DNA from: Candidatus Bathyarchaeota archaeon
GTDB lineage: Archaea > Thermoproteota > Bathyarchaeia > Bathyarchaeales > Bathycorpusculaceae
Reading direction: 5' to 3'
DNA length: 64,000 bases
NCBI GenBank assembly: GCA_963702095.1
Contig: OY969706.1
Location: forward strand, 160,001 to 224,000
A program made the position numbers and the translations under genes. This document shows, piece after piece, positions 59,417 through 64,000 of the stretch (the stretch's first letter is position 1; every line of letters starts with the position of its first letter). Under the pieces are notes generated by a model. That model saw only the letters and a list, made by a program, of their open reading frames with translations. It had not been told where the DNA came from and searched no databases.

Positions 59417-60148
59417 ATGCGCAGACTAGTTGTAGAGTGGTCAATCAACGAAGCAATTAAACAAATTAAGGATAGAGAAATCGAGAAACTCAAAAAGTCC
59501 GGAGAGCAGGACGGTTCTGAATTAGTCAAAAAAGCTGGATTGACTGAATTAGACAGGCTTGAGACAATTAAAAAAATCAAATCATTTGAGGTGCTTCACA
59601 TTTTAAGATTTGATTCCTCTGAAACGGCAGCAATATTCAGATTAGAGCCCAAGGATAACTCTTTGAAAGTTGAAGAACTCTTAAAATCACTCCTTCAAAA
59701 CCTCAACGTCGAATATCAGCTTTTAGAACAGGATAGAGGCTCTTGCATCTATTTCATCAAGGGAAAAACGTTTCAGCCAAATTCAGGAACACCCAGCAGA
59801 ACAGGGATGTACCCCCTGTTGCCGGTTGCTGTCAGGGATGGAAAAGTCAGAGTCACCCTTGTCGGAGATAATGATAAGGTTAAAGAATTCCTTGAAAACG
59901 GACCCATCAATTACAAAGTGCTGTCGTTGACAGACGCTAAATTCGCCCTTGATTCGCCGATTAGCTGCTTGACTGAAAAGCAACAAGAGGCTATTTCTTT
60001 AGCATTTAGGCTTGGCTACTTTGATACGCCCCGAAAAATAAGCGCAGACGAACTTGCAGCTAAGCTTGGTCTTGCGAGTTCCACCTTAGCCGTTCATTTA
60101 AGAAGAGCAGAACGTCGCTTACTCGCTGATCTGTTAAACGAACAATAG
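59417..60148 (+). CDS. HTH-10 (bacterio-opsin activator-like) transcriptional regulator
   Basis: LTEKQ.E....A...GYFD.PR.....ELA..LG...ST...HLRRAE. Confidence 0.9.
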   Translation: MRRLVVEWSINEAIKQIKDREIEKLKKSGEQDGSELVKKAGLTELDRLETIKKIKSFEVLHILRFDSSETAAIFRLEPKDNSLKVEELLKSLLQNLNVEYQLLEQDRGSCIYFIKGKTFQPNSGTPSRTGMYPLLPVAVRDGKVRVTLVGDNDKVKEFLENGPINYKVLSLTDAKFALDSPISCLTEKQQEAISLAFRLGYFDTPRKISADELAAKLGLASSTLAVHLRRAERRLLADLLNEQ

Positions 60149-60212
60149 TTAAGCTTATTGAGGGCAATAACGCGCGCATTAATTTAAGCAGCAGAAATTA
60201 ACTGTGATTTGC

Positions 60213-61472
60213 ATGGCACGAAACAGGACACGGATAATGAGCAACGATTTAGCTCAGCACATACTGTTAATCCTTCGCAAAGAAGGCGCTCAAACCCTGC
60301 TGCAACTCCAAGAAAAAACTGCCGTGCAAACCTCAGGTTTCCAAAACCAGACAGGAGGACGGCGTGCACGTTCCGAAACGTTGAGTGTAGCTGCAACGTG
60401 CGATGACCTGGCGAGCCGAAAATGGATAAAACTTGCCGATAATGCTACGTACGAGTTAACGGCTGAAGGCAGGGTGCAAGCGGAAGAAATCGCCAATGAC
60501 ATGGAAAGTTTGGTCCACAGGATTGAAAACCAGATTTTAAATCCCTCTGCTGCTGCAAGGAACGCGACCGGCGGTTACTTTGTGTTAGCTATACTGAAAA
60601 TGTTGGCTGGGTTTTTTAGTGGTAGCGTCGGTTTGATCGCTGATGGCGCAGACACAACAGTCGATACAGCATCTTCAGCAATTGTTTGGGCAGGCATAAA
60701 ACTTAAAAAAGAAATCCTTGGCACGATAATCATACTTGGGTTAATGTTTCTAACAGCGGCTATTCTGTTCTATGATTCAGCAAGTTCTATAATAAAGAAT
60801 GTACACGGCATATTTCCTCCAATATCGATGCCCATAATGGTAATTGTCGTTGAGCTCATAGCTATGCTATCGATGTTTGTTCTTTCGCTTTATCAGCGAG
60901 TTGTAGGAAACAGAAACCAGAGCCTCGCGTTAATATCTCAATCTATCGACTCCAAAAACAGCGTATATTCCTCGGCAGCTGTTATTGTGGGCGTAATCTT
61001 CTCTATATTTGGCATATATTGGGTAGATGCGATAGTTGGAGCATTCATAGCTGTTAGAATCAGCATTGATGGAATAAGTTTAACCCGAGAAGTTGACAAA
61101 TCGATGAGTGGGCAACAGCCCGAGTTTTCCAAGTTCAAGTTGCCAATCGAAAAACGACTTGAACAGGCCCGCTTGGATAACTTCCGAAACTGGATATTGT
61201 ACTCCATTTACAAAGACAAATTAAGCACTAAGCAGGAGCTTGTGTGTTCGCTGGAGAAAACGTTCCGACCCAGCTATATGCCAGCAGTTTTCAATGAATT
61301 TAGGATTGGTACGGGCGTTGACTTCGAAGATAACTTTTCTGACCTTATCAAGCCCTTAATCGAGGCGGCATACATTATCGAAACAAACGGCGTTTACTCG
61401 TTGACAAGTAAAGGTAAAACTTTCATTAAAGATACGGTGGATACTCTGAGGTATAAAGAAACCGAACTCTAA
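60213..61472 (+). CDS. Cation diffusion facilitator domain flanked by winged-helix-like domains
   Basis: K..AG..SGSV.LIADG.DT..D; S.AL....DS.N; .W.D...G; N- and C-terminal Y.LT..G wing motifs. Confidence 0.7.
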   Translation: MARNRTRIMSNDLAQHILLILRKEGAQTLLQLQEKTAVQTSGFQNQTGGRRARSETLSVAATCDDLASRKWIKLADNATYELTAEGRVQAEEIANDMESLVHRIENQILNPSAAARNATGGYFVLAILKMLAGFFSGSVGLIADGADTTVDTASSAIVWAGIKLKKEILGTIIILGLMFLTAAILFYDSASSIIKNVHGIFPPISMPIMVIVVELIAMLSMFVLSLYQRVVGNRNQSLALISQSIDSKNSVYSSAAVIVGVIFSIFGIYWVDAIVGAFIAVRISIDGISLTREVDKSMSGQQPEFSKFKLPIEKRLEQARLDNFRNWILYSIYKDKLSTKQELVCSLEKTFRPSYMPAVFNEFRIGTGVDFEDNFSDLIKPLIEAAYIIETNGVYSLTSKGKTFIKDTVDTLRYKETEL

Positions 61473-61727
61473 GATTGTTCCAATGGCGATGTATATAGTC
61501 AGCCATGGCAGCCAAACTAAAGGGCACTTTCTTGTCTATCTGCCGACTAAGGGAAAAAATGAAATAGAACTTGATTACCAAATGAAAAGCCATGGAAATC
61601 TTTTTCTTGCCTAAAGAGGCGGTGCTCCTGGAGTTTAAGCGTGTAAACGGTTCTTGGCTGGCTAACCAACTACCGCCTCATTCTATGCGATTCAGGAACC
61701 TGGTTCTATCTTTTGAGTAACTTGTTT

Positions 61728-61960
61728 AGAAGAAGAAAAACGGCTAAATTCCTACGGGAAAATCCGTTCTTCTTCTTTCCAAAACTAGATTAGCCATTGA
61801 GTGATAAAAGAAGAAGACATTACGTGTGTGCAGTGCTTTGTCTTCTTCTTTTAGCGAAGAAGAAAAAACAATTGTGCAGCAACAAATTTTTTCTTCTTTC
61901 AATTTAAAGCCTGACCTAACAAAAGAACAACAACAGATGGCAGTGCATTGTTGTTGTTCT
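61728..61960. repeat. Array of four palindromes with (GAA)n/(CAA)n arms
   Basis: Stems 61731-43/61764-76, 61805-19/61839-53, 61857-68/61887-98 and 61924-35/61949-60. Confidence 0.8.
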
Positions 61961-62181
61961 ACCGACCAAGTCAAGAGCAACAGTTTACTGATACACCGTG
62001 TGATCGCCTTGTAGGCTTCTGAAGGACGATTTGGGCAAAAAGAAAAGTTACTTAATTGCGTGCTTTTTATGCGGTAAGAATTCTAATTGTTCTTAGGCGG
62101 CGTTTAACGCGGTATCGATACCTAACTTGAAAGGTTATATTTATTGTGACATAATACTATAAAAGTCCAGAGTGGATAAGA

Positions 62182-64000
62182 ACGGCTGACAATAACTCTA
62201 CTGACCGCAATAGCAATCCCTTCTCAACATCTGGGTCGGGTATAACTTTTGAACAATTGGTTGGAACATATTATCTTGTATCGCTTCTATCACAGGAAAT
62301 CCCGCGGGGTATTGAGTACGGAATTTGCGCAGAAGTACGATTCCAACAGCGTTGGGCAGGCTGTTTACTTGATGATATAGTCGTGGTAGCAAGTGATGGA
62401 ACTAAAGAAATGAGACTTGCTACTCAAGTAAAGCATGATTTGACCATTTCTGATGCGACAACAAATACAGTGTGTGCAGAGGTAATAGATGCTTGTTGGA
62501 AGACGTTTAACAGCGCATTATGGAAATTCAATGAAGCAACTGATAGAGTGTGTATAGCACTCGGTATTTCTCAACCACGTTTAGACAAACATTTTAAGCC
62601 TATTTTGGAGTGGGCAAGAGCATCAAGCGATCCAGATGAATTTATACAGAAAGTGTCATCACCGGGATTCTCTTCAAAAGAAAAGCAAGATTATCTCAAG
62701 ATAATGCGAAATCTTTTAGGAAAAGCAAAAGGAAGCGATTTAAAGAATGACGAACTTTGGCGTTTTCTTAAATGTCTTGTCATTTTAGATTTTGATTTAG
62801 AAGTGGAGGGTAGTAGAGATACAACTTATTCTTGGAATCGTCTATTAAATTGTTTAAGAAGGCGTGACTATAATCAGGCGATTTTGCTGTTTAATGAGTT
62901 AAACTCGATTGTAAAAGAATATTCTCGTTGCGCTGGATCAGTTACTCTACAAGCTCTAAGTGCAAAAATTGGCTCAAAAGTGGAATTAAATGACGCACCT
63001 AATTTTAGCTCAGATTTAGTAAACCTGCGAAAGCATACCGACCTAGTTTTGTCTTCAATAAATGATGCTATCGGTCTTAAAATCAGGTTTACCCGAACTG
63101 AACTCGTTGATAAACTTGAATCGGCGGTAAAGCAATCAAATGTTGTTATTATTTCGGATGAACCAATGACTGGTAAGTCAGGGCTGTTAAAGTTATTTGC
63201 AAATCGATTAAGAAGCGATGGCGAAATAATAGCACTTTCGGTAGCAAGGTTTACAGGTTCATCTTTAAACGCTTTTTTACAATCTATCCAAGTAACCAAT
63301 GACTTTGAGGCAATTTTGTCAGCTGTTGGAGGAGCACCCTTTCGTTGCATCTTAATTGACGGATTAGAAAGAGCTAAAGATGATGATAAAAAGCGTGTTC
63401 TCAATGACCTTCTTTTATCCGTTGGAAACTATAATAGGTCAATTTTAGATGCTAAAGGTCACAATGATTATTGCTGGCGAATTGTATGTACGTGCAGGTC
63501 GTCAGAAACCCAAAATATTCTTCTTCATACTGAATTTAGAAAGAATTTAGCGAATAGTTCCCTTAAAACAATAGACGTAGGCAGGCTATCCAACAAAGAA
63601 ATTAAAGAAGTTTCACAAGAGTTTCCAGCACTATCGGACATTATATCAAAGGAAAATTTGAAGGAATTCACATCATTTCCTTTAATCTTGGACATTCTTA
63701 CCCTTCCAAATATAACACTGCCTTCAAAGTCTTTGCCATCAAAAATTACTGAGTCATGGCTACTCAATTGGTATTGGAACGAAATTGTACGATTAGGTGA
63801 AGGAACACGCTACGGTGTAGGAAGCCCTGAGCAAAGAGAAAAAATTTTGCTGGCTCTTGTAATGAAGGCGCTTATGGGTGAAACAGTATGCCTGAGTGAT
63901 ATTAATGAAACTGAAGCGGTATCTGGTTTAATATCTGACAGGCTTGTAATAAAAGAAGGGAATTCTCTTCGATTTTCACACGATGTAATAGAAGATTGGG
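62182..64000 (+). CDS. Avs-like antiviral STAND NTPase with N-terminal PD-(D/E)xK nuclease, 3'-truncated by window (absent from ORF track)
   Basis: Manual translation: NPFSTSGSGITFEQ...LDDIVV...QVK; Walker A DEPMTGKS (63157-63180); Walker B ILIDGLE; WRIVCTCR; no stop seen before the window end. Confidence 0.75.

Larger units (their letters stand above)
53161..64000. mobile_element. Probable second integrated element/island at tRNA-Leu (right boundary not seen)
   Basis: Intact integrase converging on the tRNA 3' end; AT-richer efflux and defence cargo; no att duplicate spotted in the window. Confidence 0.55.

Noticed and set aside
61728-61960. Palindrome array as a CRISPR array
   Set aside because: Units are not identical direct repeats with unique equal-length spacers, and there are no cas genes in the window
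62874-63767. Minus-strand ORFs 62874-63404 and 63525-63767
   Set aside because: Antisense to the long plus-strand STAND gene that the ORF track omitted because it has no stop in the window

Overview
Archaeal chromosomal segment, most likely Bathyarchaeia/TACK. This is inferred from the eukaryote-like topoisomerase IB, archaeal-type PEP carboxylase, Alba, and secreted PQQ-like propeller and PEF-CTERM-like proteins. Positions 1-46 kb are mostly housekeeping and accessory genes (rpiA, alba, Mrp, clpB, P-type ATPase, three tandem acyltransferase-3 genes, TopIB, ppcA, tRNA-Ala). They include a four-gene operon that couples a PqqD/RRE-radical SAM-SPASM enzyme to a membrane protein with a 10-Cys (CA)n-GGGG tail and to a HAD/CTP-kinase fusion. 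Positions 46.1-52.9 kb are a complete 6.7 kb element integrated in tRNA-Thr(GGT), with a 48-bp att duplication, an SSV1-type split integrase, and a DUF3987-like Rep gene containing internal iterons. From tRNA-Leu(TAG) at 53.1 kb a second integrase-led island appears to run off the window. It ends in an Avs-like nuclease-STAND gene that the ORF track missed. Six co-oriented copies of an unexplained intergenic repeat (about 320 bp when full length) with a covarying terminal hairpin are scattered through the window, along with several other palindrome clusters. At least five genes carry small frameshifts that look like sequencing indels. All family assignments come from motif recognition by eye; no searches were run.
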